The notes beneath the pieces are model-generated. The model made no database searches. It was not told the origin of the DNA and saw only the letters and a program-made list of their open reading frames with translations. From Elusimicrobiota bacterium (GTDB lineage Bacteria > Elusimicrobiota > Elusimicrobia > UBA1565 > UBA9628): DNA of 64,000 nucleotides. The translations under genes and the position numbers were made by a program. Below are positions 7,709-15,727 of the stretch, piece by piece; position 1 is the first letter of the stretch; every line of letters starts with the position of its first letter. Where the stretch lies: positions 16,288-80,287 of the forward strand of contig JACQWX010000126.1 in NCBI GenBank assembly GCA_016209035.1, given 5' to 3'.

Positions 7709-10009
7709 ATGCTCAGGCCGCTCTCGCTCGCCGTCCTTGTCGGCTGGCTGGTCCATGCTGGGCCTGCGCCCAGGGCGCAGGCCCAGGGGCCTCAGACCCA
7801 GAGGACGCTCGCGGAGGCCTCGCAGGGCTCGCGGACCCGAGCAGGGAAGGAGAGCGCCCGCGCCCTGCTGAGGCAGGGACACCGGCTCTACTTCCGCGGA
7901 GACCATGAGAGGGCGCTCAAGAGCTACGAGGCGGCCGTCCGCCTCTCTCAGGACCCCATCGAGCCCCTGCTCAACGGCGCCGTCGTGCTCGCAGAGCTCG
8001 GACGGCCGCGCGAGGCGGTCCGGTGGCACCGCCGGGCCGCGGCCCTGCCACGCGCCGACGCCGACGCGCTCGACGCCCTGGCATGGGCGGAGTTCAACAT
8101 CGAAGACCTTGCCGATGCCCGCCGGCACTTCGAGGATGCTCTCGCCAGGTCGCCGGAGCATCCGCAGGCCCTCCTAGGCCTGGCCCGCGTGGAGCTCGAG
8201 GCCTCCAAACCCGTCGAGGCGCTCAAGCTCCTCGACCGGGCCGGCGCTTGCGCTCCCCTCGACACCCTCATCCCATTCTTCAAGGGCAAGGCCTACGCCC
8301 TCATGCGGGATCCGGCGCAGGAAGCGGCTGCCTGGCGTCAATGCGTCTCTGCCGACTCGTTCTTCATCGAGGCGCGCGAGGCCTTGGGGCTGGTCCACTC
8401 AAGGCTCCGGAACTTCGCGGAAGCCTGGAAGCAGTTCTCGAAGGCCGCGGATGCCGATCCCAAGAACAAGCGCTTCCAAACGCGCCTCGACGAGATGAGG
8501 TTCGCGGCGCCGGCCACTCCGAGCGCCCTCGGCGATGGCCGGATGCCCGTCCTGCGCGTGGGCATCGGCGCCAACATGGCGGGCAAGCCCGCTGCCTGCG
8601 CCCAGGGCGCAGGGGCCGCCGTCTCATGGTCGGTCAACCAGCCGTTCTGGGTCGTGGACGCCTCCACGCAGAAGAAGCTCGCCCGCGGGCAGCCGGGGCA
8701 GACCTGGCAGGCTCGCCGGGTCGCGCAGAAGAAGCGCTCGATCGTCGAACTGCGGGGCCCTGGCCGGGACCAGAGGCTCAAGGCCGCTCGCCCGGTCGTC
8801 ATCCGTCCCGACTCCGCCTCCGAAGGGCTCATCTCCGTCAACTTCGCGCCTTGCTCCGAGGGCTCCGGCGCCGAGGACCTGAGCGACGGCGTCCCGCGGT
8901 GCAGCCTCAGGGCCGACCGCCGCCTGCGCGGAGATCTCGAGATCGCATCCTACCCAGAGAAGCGCTCTCTCAAGCTCATCAACCGCATCAACCTGGAGGA
9001 CTACACCCACGGCGTGCTCTCCATGGAGATGCCCATCGGCTCGCCGCTGGAGGCGCTCAAAGCCCAAGCCGCCTTGGCCCGCGCCCACGCGCTCTACATC
9101 AAGACGGTGGCCAGACGCCACCGCCGCGAGGGCTACGACCTCTGCGACAGCCAGCACTGCCAGGTCTACGGTGGGTTCGGGGCGGAGACGGCGCGCTCCC
9201 GGGAGATCGTCAAGGCCACCCGGGGCATGGTCGTGACCTACCAGGGCAAGCCCGCGCACGTCATCTACTCTTCGAACTGCGGCGGGCACACCCAGAGCGG
9301 CTCGGACCTCACCGGCTGGGGGAGCCTCCCGTATTGGCTGGGCATCCTGGACGCGGTCCAGCCCGGAGGGCGAGCGTCCCCTGCGCCATCAGGAAAGGTG
9401 TGGGCGCAGGCGGACGCGGCAGGCGGCGGTCGAGGCGCCGCCGGGGAAGACGGCTCCGGTTTCCCGGACTCGCCGTGGAGCCTCCGGCTCTGGTTGAGGT
9501 CGGCCCCGCAGGCTTTCTGCAAGCCCTCGACCCATGTCGGCGCCTCGCATTCCCGCTGGGCCAGGGTCTTCTCTTACCGCGAGCTCGACGAGAAGGTCAA
9601 CCGGCGGCGCCGCATCGGCAGGCTCATGGCCCTGCGCCCGGGGCATCGGTCCCCCGGCGGGCATCTCAACTCGTTTCGGGTCGTGGGGACGCGCGGGAGC
9701 TTCACCATCACCGACGAGATGAGCATCCGCAGCCTCCTGGGGATCGGCTCCTTGCGCAGCACCCTCTTCGTCCTGGACACGCAGTACAAGGCGAAGCCCG
9801 CGGGTCTGCCCCCAGGACGCGGGGGCCGCAGGCCCAAGGGCCCGCCCGCCCTGGTGCCTGTCTCCGTAGTCCTGCATGGGGGGGGGTGGGGGCACGGGGT
9901 CGGCATGTGCCAATCCGGGGCCATGGGCCGGGCCGAGGCGGGCCAGACCTTCGACGAGATCATCAAGGCCTATTTCAAGGGCGTCGAGATCTCTCGACTG
10001 TCCTACTGA
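7709..10009 (+). CDS. TPR-repeat plus SpoIID/LytB-domain protein (about 766 aa), secreted
   Basis: signal peptide MLRPLSLAVLVGWLVHAGPAP; TPR-like helical repeats; SpoIID/LytB motifs CDSQHCQVYGG, VVTYQGKPAHVIYSSNCGGHTQSG, VVLHGGGWGHGVGMCQSGA. Confidence 0.8.
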   Translation: MLRPLSLAVLVGWLVHAGPAPRAQAQGPQTQRTLAEASQGSRTRAGKESARALLRQGHRLYFRGDHERALKSYEAAVRLSQDPIEPLLNGAVVLAELGRPREAVRWHRRAAALPRADADALDALAWAEFNIEDLADARRHFEDALARSPEHPQALLGLARVELEASKPVEALKLLDRAGACAPLDTLIPFFKGKAYALMRDPAQEAAAWRQCVSADSFFIEAREALGLVHSRLRNFAEAWKQFSKAADADPKNKRFQTRLDEMRFAAPATPSALGDGRMPVLRVGIGANMAGKPAACAQGAGAAVSWSVNQPFWVVDASTQKKLARGQPGQTWQARRVAQKKRSIVELRGPGRDQRLKAARPVVIRPDSASEGLISVNFAPCSEGSGAEDLSDGVPRCSLRADRRLRGDLEIASYPEKRSLKLINRINLEDYTHGVLSMEMPIGSPLEALKAQAALARAHALYIKTVARRHRREGYDLCDSQHCQVYGGFGAETARSREIVKATRGMVVTYQGKPAHVIYSSNCGGHTQSGSDLTGWGSLPYWLGILDAVQPGGRASPAPSGKVWAQADAAGGGRGAAGEDGSGFPDSPWSLRLWLRSAPQAFCKPSTHVGASHSRWARVFSYRELDEKVNRRRRIGRLMALRPGHRSPGGHLNSFRVVGTRGSFTITDEMSIRSLLGIGSLRSTLFVLDTQYKAKPAGLPPGRGGRRPKGPPALVPVSVVLHGGGWGHGVGMCQSGAMGRAEAGQTFDEIIKAYFKGVEISRLSY
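7760..7791 (+). repeat. short palindromic element family B copy 1 (core CCTGCGCCCAGGGCGCAGG) in-frame in the signal-peptide region
   Basis: gggcctgcgcccagggcgcaggcccaggggcc; the same 19-bp palindrome recurs at 8595-8613 and 10154-10172. Confidence 0.75.
8591..8620 (+). repeat. palindromic element family B copy 2, in-frame (encodes PAACAQGAGAAV)
   Basis: gctgcctgcgcccagggcgcaggggccgcc. Confidence 0.75.
9362..9410 (+). repeat. palindromic element family A copy 2, in-frame inside the SpoIID domain (encodes GGRASPAPSGKVWAQADAAGG)
   Basis: cccggagggcgagcgtcccctgcgccatcaggaaaggtgtgggcgcagg; reverse complement of the 631-682 copy; stem CCTGCGCC/GGCGCAGG. Confidence 0.75.
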
Positions 10010-10050
10010 CACCAATGCGTAACACGCGTCTGCTAGCATTGCAGGGCGAC

Positions 10051-11256
10051 ATGTCCGAATCCCGCCGTCGTTCTGCGGGCTTGGCCTACGGGTGGCCCTG
10101 GCTGCTGGCGGCGGCCCTCTGCTGCGAGGGCCTGCCGGCCGTCCCGCCCTCGGCCTGCGCCCTGGGCGCAGGGGCCGCGGGCTGGCCCGACGACAACACG
10201 GCCCGCTCCGACTACGAACGCCTGGGACGCCGCACGCGGCGGGGCGCCGGCGCGCCGGAGTTCGACACGATGCGGCTGTCGATCCGGCCCTGGCTGAGCA
10301 AGGGACACGGCCTTTTCCGGGCCGGCTATCCCTTCCCCTGGGTCATCTGCGACTTCTCCGGCAACCCCGAGAACTGCTCCCGACGGCTCAAATCCGAGGT
10401 GTCTCTCGGCTACACCCGGGACTTCAAGGAGGTCGAACACCCGGTCATGGTGTTCAACTACGAGTTGAGGGTCCACCGCCGCCTCTCCTTCGACGTGGAG
10501 GTCGCCGGCAGCGACTACGGCCGCGGACGCTACCATGCGCACGATTGGATCCAGGCGCCGAATCAAAAGCTCTGGTACGTTCCCACCGACACGTGGTACG
10601 ACCGTCCCAACTATCAGGATTGGGCCTTGGAAGAATCCAGGCTGAAGGGGGACACGCGGATGCTCTCCTCCAACGCCTATTTCCGGGTCTTCATCCACCC
10701 GTCCCGCAGGCCGAAGAACGAGGAGGTCATCCGCCAGGCGTTCGACGTCTTCGCGGGCTACACGCTCTACCAGGACACCTTCCGCCTCGCCGAACTGTCC
10801 CAAATCATGGCCAACCGGACCTGGACCGTGACCCCGCCCGAAGGCCCGGTCGGCGGCTTCGACTCGAAGCAACGGCTTCGCTGGGAGGGCTTCCGCCTGG
10901 GCATCCGCGAGGAGCTGGACCTCCCGCAGCGCTTCTCCCTCATGGGCCGCTTCGCCTACTCCCCGGACCTCGAGTTCCAGGGGGCCAGCTACCTGAACCT
11001 GCAGACCGACGAACGGCAGGGGGACCCCAGCCGGGTCCAGACCGCGCGGGGCCGTTCCTTCGACTGGGCCGTACTCGCCGGCTACAGCCCGTGGCGCTTC
11101 CTCTCGTTCGAGCTGGGCTACATGTGGATGTACTTCAAGGGCGGCAGAGGCTCGGAAAAGGTCTACTACACGGACGGCTCCATGGAAGAGATCGAGCTCG
11201 AGAAGGTCTGGAGCAGGCGCCATGGGGTCTTCACAGGCCTCACTTTCAAGTACTAG
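10051..11256 (+). CDS. putative outer-membrane beta-barrel protein (401 aa), function unknown
   Basis: in-frame Met inside the long GC-artefact ORF 8023-11256; signal-peptide-like N-terminus; C-terminus ...GLTFKY with terminal aromatic; alternating beta-strand-like sequence. Confidence 0.55.
   Translation: MSESRRRSAGLAYGWPWLLAAALCCEGLPAVPPSACALGAGAAGWPDDNTARSDYERLGRRTRRGAGAPEFDTMRLSIRPWLSKGHGLFRAGYPFPWVICDFSGNPENCSRRLKSEVSLGYTRDFKEVEHPVMVFNYELRVHRRLSFDVEVAGSDYGRGRYHAHDWIQAPNQKLWYVPTDTWYDRPNYQDWALEESRLKGDTRMLSSNAYFRVFIHPSRRPKNEEVIRQAFDVFAGYTLYQDTFRLAELSQIMANRTWTVTPPEGPVGGFDSKQRLRWEGFRLGIREELDLPQRFSLMGRFAYSPDLEFQGASYLNLQTDERQGDPSRVQTARGRSFDWAVLAGYSPWRFLSFELGYMWMYFKGGRGSEKVYYTDGSMEEIELEKVWSRRHGVFTGLTFKY
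10151..10180 (+). repeat. palindromic element family B copy 3 (CCTGCGCCCTGGGCGCAGG), in-frame in the N-terminal region of the OM protein
   Basis: cggcctgcgccctgggcgcaggggccgcgg. Confidence 0.7.
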
Positions 11257-11306
11257 GCGCCAGGCTCGAGCCTCGTAGAGACGATTGCGGTCCAAGCCTG
11301 GCACCT
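11257..11306 (+). repeat. conserved intergenic hairpin element family C copy 1 (AGGCGCCAGGCT ..loop.. AGCCTGGCACCT)
   Basis: aggcgccaggctcgagcctcgtagagacgattgcggtccaagcctggcacct; a second copy is at 32101-32152 with identical 12-nt arms and the same single mismatch. Confidence 0.7.
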
Positions 11307-11309
11307 GAT

Positions 11310-12011
11310 ATGATATCAGCGATGAATCGCGGCGCGGTCGAGGCCGGTGGCGCGAGAGGGACAGCCGTCGTCTTGCTGGCATGCGCCGCCGTAGCGGCGG
11401 GCGGCTGCCGGGGCTCGTCGCCCATCTTCGACGAGGGGCCTGAGAACCGGTTCGCCGCCGTGGTCATGGGCACGCGCATCATCCTGCCGACCGGCGAGAC
11501 CAACGCGGGCGGCATCGCCATCAACCTGGAGGGGGAAGGCGGCCGCCGAGCGAACCTCTACCGGCTCGAGGTGCCGGCCGGCCGGGCCTTGCTCTACCCG
11601 GTCGAGCCCGGGGTCTACCGCTTGACCCCGACGCGCTCGGTCTTCGGCTGGCACCAGGCGCAGATGCGCATCGTCGCCGACGACTTCGCCTACAAGGCGC
11701 CCTTCCCTTCCCAGATCATGCGCAAGGGAGCCATCGACCTGCGGCCCAAGAAGGTCGTCTCCTTGGGCATCATCGAGGCGCGCTTCGTCTCGGACCCGGT
11801 GAAGAAGGAGGCCAAGATCGTCGTGCGCATCGACGACAGCGTGGCCGCGCGCCGGGACGCGGTCCAGCAGATCGTCCGCGACATGGCCTCCGCCTCCACC
11901 CCGGCCGACGAAAGGGACCGCGACTTCGCCTGGTCCGGGTCCCTGGAGGACCACCTCGTGACCCTCCAGGCCGAGATCGAGCGCCGGCCTCTCTACAAGC
12001 CGTCCCCTTGA
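11310..12011 (+). CDS. lipoprotein, function unknown (233 aa)
   Basis: lipobox ...LLACAAVAAGGC; internal Met of the GC-artefact ORF 10092-12011. Confidence 0.55.
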   Translation: MISAMNRGAVEAGGARGTAVVLLACAAVAAGGCRGSSPIFDEGPENRFAAVVMGTRIILPTGETNAGGIAINLEGEGGRRANLYRLEVPAGRALLYPVEPGVYRLTPTRSVFGWHQAQMRIVADDFAYKAPFPSQIMRKGAIDLRPKKVVSLGIIEARFVSDPVKKEAKIVVRIDDSVAARRDAVQQIVRDMASASTPADERDRDFAWSGSLEDHLVTLQAEIERRPLYKPSP

Positions 12012-12096
12012 TGAACCCGGCCGCGCCGGGGGACCCCATACGTCCTTCGGACGCTACCCCCGGCAAGGCCGGAAGCGGAACATCACCGGCCGCGGC

Positions 12097-12927
12097 ATGA
12101 GGACCATCGGAGCGGACCTCGGCGGCACCTGGCTGCGCCTGTGCCTGGCGGACACGGACCAAGGGTCCTTCCTTCTGCACAGGGAGCCGGCCGTCCCTTT
12201 CGAAGGCATCGCCGCGGCCTTCAAGCGGCTCAATTCCCGACCCAGCCTTCGGCAAGGCGCCCGCGGCCCTCGGCCGGACCGCCTCGTCCTGGGCTCCACG
12301 GGCATCTGGTCCGCGGGCCGCAGGCGCGCGGCCACGGCCGCGCTGCAAGGCAAGGCTTGCCGCGTGCTGGTGCTCTCCGACATCGAGCTCGCCCGGGTCG
12401 CCGCCTTCGCCGGCGGCCCGGGGATACTGGTGGTCGGAGGCACGGGATCGGTCGCTTACGGCCGCGACGGCCAAGGCTCGGCCCGCCGGGCCGGTGGCCT
12501 GGGCTGCCTGCTGGGCGACGAGGGCTCGGGCTTCTGGATCGGCCGGGAGGCCCTGCGCGACCCGCGTCTGCGGCGCAGGCTCCCGGGTCCCGATCCCCTG
12601 GAGCTCGTGCACGCGCCCCGGCCGGCGCGAGCCATCGCGGCTCTGGCTCCCACGGTCTTGGGACTCGCGGGCCGGGACCCGGGCTTCGCGAGGATCCGGC
12701 GCGATGCCTGCCGCGCCCTCGCGGACCTGGCCCTGGAGGTCCGGCGGGAGCTCGCCTTCGACGGACCGGCGCCGGTCTCCTGGCACGGAGGGTTGTTCCG
12801 CGACCGGGGGTTCCTCGAAGCGTTCCTGCTGTCCCTCGAGAAGTCCGGGGGGTTCGATCCGCGGCCGGCGCTCTTGCGGGCCGAGGTGGCCGCGGCGGTC
12901 CTTCCTCTTCGGGTCCTGAAAGCGTAG
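12097..12927 (+). CDS. BadF/BadG/BcrA/BcrD-type ATPase (N-acetylglucosamine kinase-like sugar kinase)
   Basis: N-terminal MRTIGADLGGTWLRLCLAD (ASKHA phosphate-1 motif), LVVGGTGSVAYG, LGDEGSGFWIGREAL. Confidence 0.7.
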   Translation: MRTIGADLGGTWLRLCLADTDQGSFLLHREPAVPFEGIAAAFKRLNSRPSLRQGARGPRPDRLVLGSTGIWSAGRRRAATAALQGKACRVLVLSDIELARVAAFAGGPGILVVGGTGSVAYGRDGQGSARRAGGLGCLLGDEGSGFWIGREALRDPRLRRRLPGPDPLELVHAPRPARAIAALAPTVLGLAGRDPGFARIRRDACRALADLALEVRRELAFDGPAPVSWHGGLFRDRGFLEAFLLSLEKSGGFDPRPALLRAEVAAAVLPLRVLKA

Positions 12928-12936
12928 AATATCCGC

Positions 12937-13395
12937 ATGAAGATCGCTCTCGGCGCCGACCACGGCGGCTATGAACTCAAGAAGCGGCTCGAGGACTTCC
13001 TGCCCGGCCTCGGCCATGAGGTCGTCAACATGGGGGTCGACGGCCCGGCCCCCGCGGACTACCCGGACTACGCCAAGAAGGTGGCCCTCGCCGTCGCCAA
13101 AGGCAAGGCCTCCAGGGGCATCGTGGTCTGCGGCAGCGGAGTCGGCGCGAGCGTGGTCGCGAACAAGATCCCCGGCATCCGCGCGGGCTTATGCCACGAC
13201 ACCTACTCCGCCCGGCAATGCGTGGAGCACGACGACGTGAACGTCCTGTGCCTGGGAGGCCGCGTCGTGGGGCCGGATCTCGCCTTCGAGATCGTCAAGG
13301 CCTGGCTCGCAAGCACCTTCTCCAAGACGCAACGCCACCAACGCAGGCTCGACAAGATACTGGCCATCGAAAAGGAGTTCCTCTCAAGCCCATGA
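12937..13395 (+). CDS. rpiB: ribose-5-phosphate isomerase B (RpiB/LacA/LacB family)
   Basis: MKIALGADHGGYELK...GIVVCGSGVGASVVANKIPGIRAGLCHD...VLCLGGRVVG. Confidence 0.9.
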   Translation: MKIALGADHGGYELKKRLEDFLPGLGHEVVNMGVDGPAPADYPDYAKKVALAVAKGKASRGIVVCGSGVGASVVANKIPGIRAGLCHDTYSARQCVEHDDVNVLCLGGRVVGPDLAFEIVKAWLASTFSKTQRHQRRLDKILAIEKEFLSSP

Positions 13396-15092
13396 GCCCG
13401 ACCATGCAGACACGAAGAGACGCCCGCCATCCCATCCCTGACCCGGCCGCAGACCAGGGGCTTTCGGAGCTTGGAAGGGCCCGCTTCCAGGAACGCCTCT
13501 CCGCCAAGGACGCCTCGCTCTTCAAGAGCGACCCGGCCCACCGGAAGGTGATCCGCAACTCCCTCGGCTGGCTCTCCCTGCCCCGATCCATGGCCTTGGC
13601 GCTCGGCCCCATCCGCTCCTTCGCGGCCGAGGCGTCCCAGGAAGGCTTCAAGTCGGCGGTCGTGCTCGGGATGGGCGGCTCGAGCCTTTCCTGCGAGGTC
13701 TTCCGGCGCTGCTTCGCCTGCCCCCAGGGGGGGCTGGAACTCAAAGTCCTGGACTCCACCAACCCGGGGAGCGTCCGGAGTCTCGAGTCCTCCCTCGACC
13801 TCAAGCGCACCCTGTTCGTGGTATCGAGCAAGTCGGGCGCCACGGTGGAGCCGAACTCCATGATGGAGTACTTCCACGCAAGAGCCTCGAAAGCCTGCGG
13901 AGCGAAGGCGGGCCGGCATTTCGTGTCCATCACGGACCCCGGCACTTCGCTGGAGAAGCTCTCCCTGCGGTTGAGGTTCAGGAAGGTCTTCACGAACCCG
14001 CCGGACATCGGCGGGCGATACTCGGTCCTGTCGAATTTCGGCCTCGTGCCCGCCGCGCTCATGGGGGTCGACGTGGCCAAGCTCCTGGCGCGCGCGGCCG
14101 TCGAGGCCGATGACCCCGGGACGGGCCTGCGCCTGGGAGCGGCCCTGGGCGTCCTCGCAGGCCGAGGCCGCGACAAGATGACCCTGTCTTTGTCTCCGGG
14201 GATCGCGGCCCTAGGCCTCTGGATCGAGCAGCTGGTCGCGGAGTCCACGGGCAAGGAGGGCCGCGGGATCGTCCCGGTCCGCGAGCCTATCAGCGCCGAC
14301 GGCGGCGGCGACAGGGTCTATGTCAGGATCGCGCTGGCCGGGGAGGTCGACAAGGCCGCGGAGAAGGACCTCCAGCGCCTGGAGAAATCGCACCCCGTGA
14401 TCAGATTCACCCTCCCGGACGTCTATGGACTCGGGTCCCAGTTCTACCTTTGGGAGATCGCGACCGCGGCCGCTGGGTTCCTCCTGGGCGTCAATCCCTT
14501 CGACCAGCCGGACGTGGCCAGCGCCAAGGACCAGACCTTGGCTCTCCTGTCCGGCCTTGAGAAAGGGAAGCTCCCCAAGGAGACGGCCTCGTTTCGGGCA
14601 GGGGGGCTGGCGGCCCACGCGGACGACGGGCTCGTGTCCAGCCTGGGAGCGACCAAGGGCTCGTCTATGCCGCTGGCCCAGGTCCTTCGCAGCCACTGGG
14701 CCAGGATGCGGGCCGGCGACTACGGGGCCATCCTCGCCTTCATAGAGGAGACGCCGGAGAAGGTCCGGCTGCTCGAGAGCGTGGCGCGCAGATTGCGCTC
14801 GGGCGGCGCCCCGGTCATGCTGCAGTACGGCCCGCGCTACCTGCATTCGACCGGCCAGCTCTACAAAGGAGGGGCGCCTTCAGGGCTCTACATCCTCGTC
14901 ACGGAACCGGTTGCCCGCGACCTCCCGGTCCCCGGCGAGAAGTACAGCTTCGCCGTCCTGCACCGGGCCCAGGCGAGGGGAGACTTCGCGGCCATGAAGG
15001 CCGCGGGCCGCAGGGTGCTCAGGCTCGACCTCAACGCCCCGGCCGTCGAAGGGCTGCGGAGCCTGGCCAAAGCCGCGCCCGGGGTTGACTGA
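13392..15092 (+). CDS. pgi: glucose-6-phosphate isomerase (short bacterial/bifunctional-type PGI)
   Basis: VVLGMGGSSL, SKSGATVEPNS and FDQPDVASAK motifs; 4-nt overlap with rpiB. Confidence 0.8.
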   Translation: MSPTMQTRRDARHPIPDPAADQGLSELGRARFQERLSAKDASLFKSDPAHRKVIRNSLGWLSLPRSMALALGPIRSFAAEASQEGFKSAVVLGMGGSSLSCEVFRRCFACPQGGLELKVLDSTNPGSVRSLESSLDLKRTLFVVSSKSGATVEPNSMMEYFHARASKACGAKAGRHFVSITDPGTSLEKLSLRLRFRKVFTNPPDIGGRYSVLSNFGLVPAALMGVDVAKLLARAAVEADDPGTGLRLGAALGVLAGRGRDKMTLSLSPGIAALGLWIEQLVAESTGKEGRGIVPVREPISADGGGDRVYVRIALAGEVDKAAEKDLQRLEKSHPVIRFTLPDVYGLGSQFYLWEIATAAAGFLLGVNPFDQPDVASAKDQTLALLSGLEKGKLPKETASFRAGGLAAHADDGLVSSLGATKGSSMPLAQVLRSHWARMRAGDYGAILAFIEETPEKVRLLESVARRLRSGGAPVMLQYGPRYLHSTGQLYKGGAPSGLYILVTEPVARDLPVPGEKYSFAVLHRAQARGDFAAMKAAGRRVLRLDLNAPAVEGLRSLAKAAPGVD

Positions 15093-15642
15093 CATGGCGA
15101 GGCTCGCCGTCTCCCGGCTCAACCAGCGCGCCCGCAAGGTCCGCCTCATGCTGATGGATGTCGACGGCGTCCTCACCAGCGGCGTCCTGTGGCATTTCGT
15201 GGACACCGAAGGCTCGCTCGTGGAGCTCAAGGGCATCCATGCCCAGGACTCCATCGCCCTGACGTGGCTGGCGGACGCGGGAATCAAGACCGGCATCATC
15301 AGCGGCCGCGTCTCGAGCGGCGTGGCCCAGCGCGCCAAGGCCCTCAGGATGAGCTACGTCTACCAGCACCGGCTCGACAAGATGACCGTCTTCGCCGAGA
15401 TATGCCGGGACGCCGGGACCGCGCCGGAGGAAGCGCTCTACATGGGCGATGACATCCAGGACCTCCCGGTCATGCGCGCCGTGGGCCTGTCCGTGGCCCC
15501 GCCCAACGCCCGGCCCGAGGTCAGGGCCGCGGCCCATTGGGTCACCCGCGCAGCAGGAGGCGATGGCGCGGTCCGGGAGGCCGCCGAGCTGGTGCTCCGG
15601 GCCCAGGGGCGGTGGCAGGGCATCCTGAAGAAGTTCTCTTGA
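15085..15642 (+). CDS. KdsC-like HAD-superfamily phosphatase (3-deoxy-D-manno-octulosonate 8-phosphate phosphatase family)
   Basis: VRLMLMDVDGVLTSG...GIKTGIISGR...MGDDIQDLPVMRAVGLSVAPPNA. Confidence 0.75.
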   Translation: MTDMARLAVSRLNQRARKVRLMLMDVDGVLTSGVLWHFVDTEGSLVELKGIHAQDSIALTWLADAGIKTGIISGRVSSGVAQRAKALRMSYVYQHRLDKMTVFAEICRDAGTAPEEALYMGDDIQDLPVMRAVGLSVAPPNARPEVRAAAHWVTRAAGGDGAVREAAELVLRAQGRWQGILKKFS

Positions 15643-15643
15643 T

Positions 15644-15682
15644 GGCGTCAGGCATTGCGCAACTTGCGCAATGCCTGACGCC
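15644..15682 (+). terminator. 39-bp perfect palindrome (19-bp arms GGCGTCAGGCATTGCGCAA c TTGCGCAATGCCTGACGCC) immediately after the kdsC-like stop; terminator or protein-binding site
   Basis: seen directly; no U-tract. Confidence 0.5.
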
Positions 15683-15727
15683 ACGCTATTGCGGATTCCT
15701 TGCCATGTGTACTAGAATGCCCCTGCC

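Noticed and set aside
8023-11256. 1077-aa + strand ORF overlapping the TPR-SpoIID gene in another frame
   Set aside because: Only the last about 400 codons (from the Met at 10051) form a plausible OM protein. The upstream 2 kb is an Arg/Pro/Gly-rich alternative frame of a well-supported gene.
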